NCBI GenBank assembly: GCA_050230475.1 | Contig: JBFLGF010000112.1 | Coordinates: 1 to 64,000 of the forward strand | Source: Ancylonema sp. | Taxonomy: Eukaryota | Reading direction: 5' to 3' | DNA length: 64,000 nt | Part shown: piece after piece, positions 62,271-64,000 of the stretch | Layout: every line of letters begins with the position of its first letter | Numbering within the stretch: the first letter of the stretch is position 1 | The notes under the pieces: generated by a model | What the model saw: only the letters and a program-made list of their open reading frames with translations | Database searches by the model: none | What the model was told of the DNA's origin: nothing | Position numbers and translations under genes: made by a program

Positions 62271-64000
62271 GACGTGGAAATGTGAGATGAGTTGGGGAGT
62301 GTGAGATGAGTTGGGGAGTGAGAGATGAGGAATGAAAGCGGGAGCTACGACTTGAAAATTCAGTGATAGTAGTGGCCTCAGCGATTGTTGTATTGCCTTC
62401 GGAGCGATCGCAAGCTGAGGCGGCCACGCGCAGTCACCTCCACAACAGCTGAAGCCTACGTGGAGGCATGAATCCACGTCGGTCGGTCGTACTCGGTGAA
62501 CTCATTGTCGGTACTCCTAGCCGAGATATGACCGCGTCGTAATTCGATGACCTCTACTATTATTATTACGATTATTGCTAATACGACGTGATGTGGGGTC
62601 GGACCCCCTAATACACATAATCACGCGTAATCGCGTGATTTTCCTGCGTCATTGAACAAATGGAAATGTAAGTTTCGGAGTCAATTCATCCGGAAATTCA
62701 TGAGCTGTACCTGAAGTTTGTCTTTATATCATAATGTAAGGACACGACACTTCACTTCGCCTTGATCACCGGTATTTGTCCACATGATATCCTCCATATT
62801 TGGGTTTTTAAGTCAAAGTTCAATGTTTGTCGCACCCGTACGCACACATACCCACACGCCTGCATATACCAAAGAAGTCGCTAAAAACTCATACACCAAG
62901 TCTGAGTTTTTAGCGGCTCCTTCGGCATACGGGAAGCATGATACATAAGAAATTATCACCCTCTATAATTGTCACCCTTTTTTCCCCGTCTTTTTTTAAT
63001 GAAAAAACGTACAAACAATAGCGATGTAAAGTAAACTTACGAGTTCTAATATCTTATAAAAATCAATCTTATCATTTTCGTTATAACCCATAAATCGAAA
63101 TCTCGTAGTTATATGAACAGTACCTGGCCACACGATGTTCAGGACAGCCGTGTGCGAACTGCGCCAAGTTCGGAGGAGTTCCTTCTTGAGGCGGGTGCTC
63201 TTCGTTGCTCTAACTCGAGTAGATGTCCATCACGGTATGGATGTCTTATGCTCACGAATACACATGCTTATACACCGCCCATGCTGTGCACATCCAAACA
63301 CACGTGAACACCGAGGGATACGGCATCGCCAAAAGCTCAGTTCGGGTTACATAATCTGAAAGTTTCACATTTCTGCTACAATGCGGCCTAGCATAGCAGA
63401 CGACCAGAATGTTAATACCAGAGAAATATATGTTTATTGTAACCGAACGACGGGATTCCCACCCTCTTACGACGAAAAACTGTCCGATGCAAGTGAATAT
63501 CTGACCAATTAGCATACGCCATTTACTGCAATATAACACGACCACGCAGTACGCCGCAATCTATATGCGTATCTCCCGTACGTGCCATATGTCCCATGTG
63601 TCTGACAGAGATGCTCTGACACTGGTGGCGTGCGCCCACCGCGCTCCGATCGGCCGTAAATCGAACAGTCAGAATAGCCACCGACATTCAGACACGTTGG
63701 TTCAGTTCGCACAAATAATCTCCTAGATTAATTCTCCTATTGTACCCCCGCAGAGTACCGGACTAGCTGCTAGTACCGGGTTAGCTACTCAGGCAAATTT
63801 CTGCCTAATTCCTACGCCTGCCTCCCACTGCAGAGCTGGTGCGCTGCTGTACGTCATTCATTGCAGACTACGCTGAAATTTATGTTCGGCGGAATCCATT
63901 CAATCCCCTTCAACGCTGATAACCTTATAATTCTGTGCGATTTTGTGTGCAACTACAGTTTTCAATCAGCAATTATCGTCCAACCGATATTATCCACAAT

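Noticed and set aside
62281..62330. GTGAGATGAGTTGGGGA tandem repeat in the fibrillin 5' UTR
   Set aside because: Only about 2.5 units; ordinary slippage.

Overview
Eukaryotic nuclear DNA with GT-AG introns, GC-rich exons and plant-type genes; most likely a streptophyte alga or early-diverging land plant (inference from gene content). Seven host genes can be modelled by hand: a DUF819 membrane protein (+), a GT92/GALS-like galactosyltransferase (-), a LOG cytokinin-activating enzyme (-), a GH30 beta-galactanase-like gene with an extensin-like tail (+; partly duplicated in tandem, with an in-frame TAG), a Gfo/Idh/MocA oxidoreductase (-), a Delta7-sterol C5-desaturase (-) and a PAP/fibrillin (-). 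From about 16 to 39.6 kb is a nested retroelement stack: a split solo LTR (TSD ACGAA) holding a decayed Ty1/copia element, a three-LTR tandem copia inserted into the RNase H of an older copia, and a pol-less LTR element nested inside that. Removing the split solo LTR rejoins two anonymous ORF blocks in frame into one intronless ~534-codon pseudogene with GIY-YIG-like motifs, the most novel-looking item here. Pogo-like and hAT-like MITEs, two long microsatellites around LOG and likely assembly duplications are also present. All family assignments come from motif recognition by eye, not database searches.
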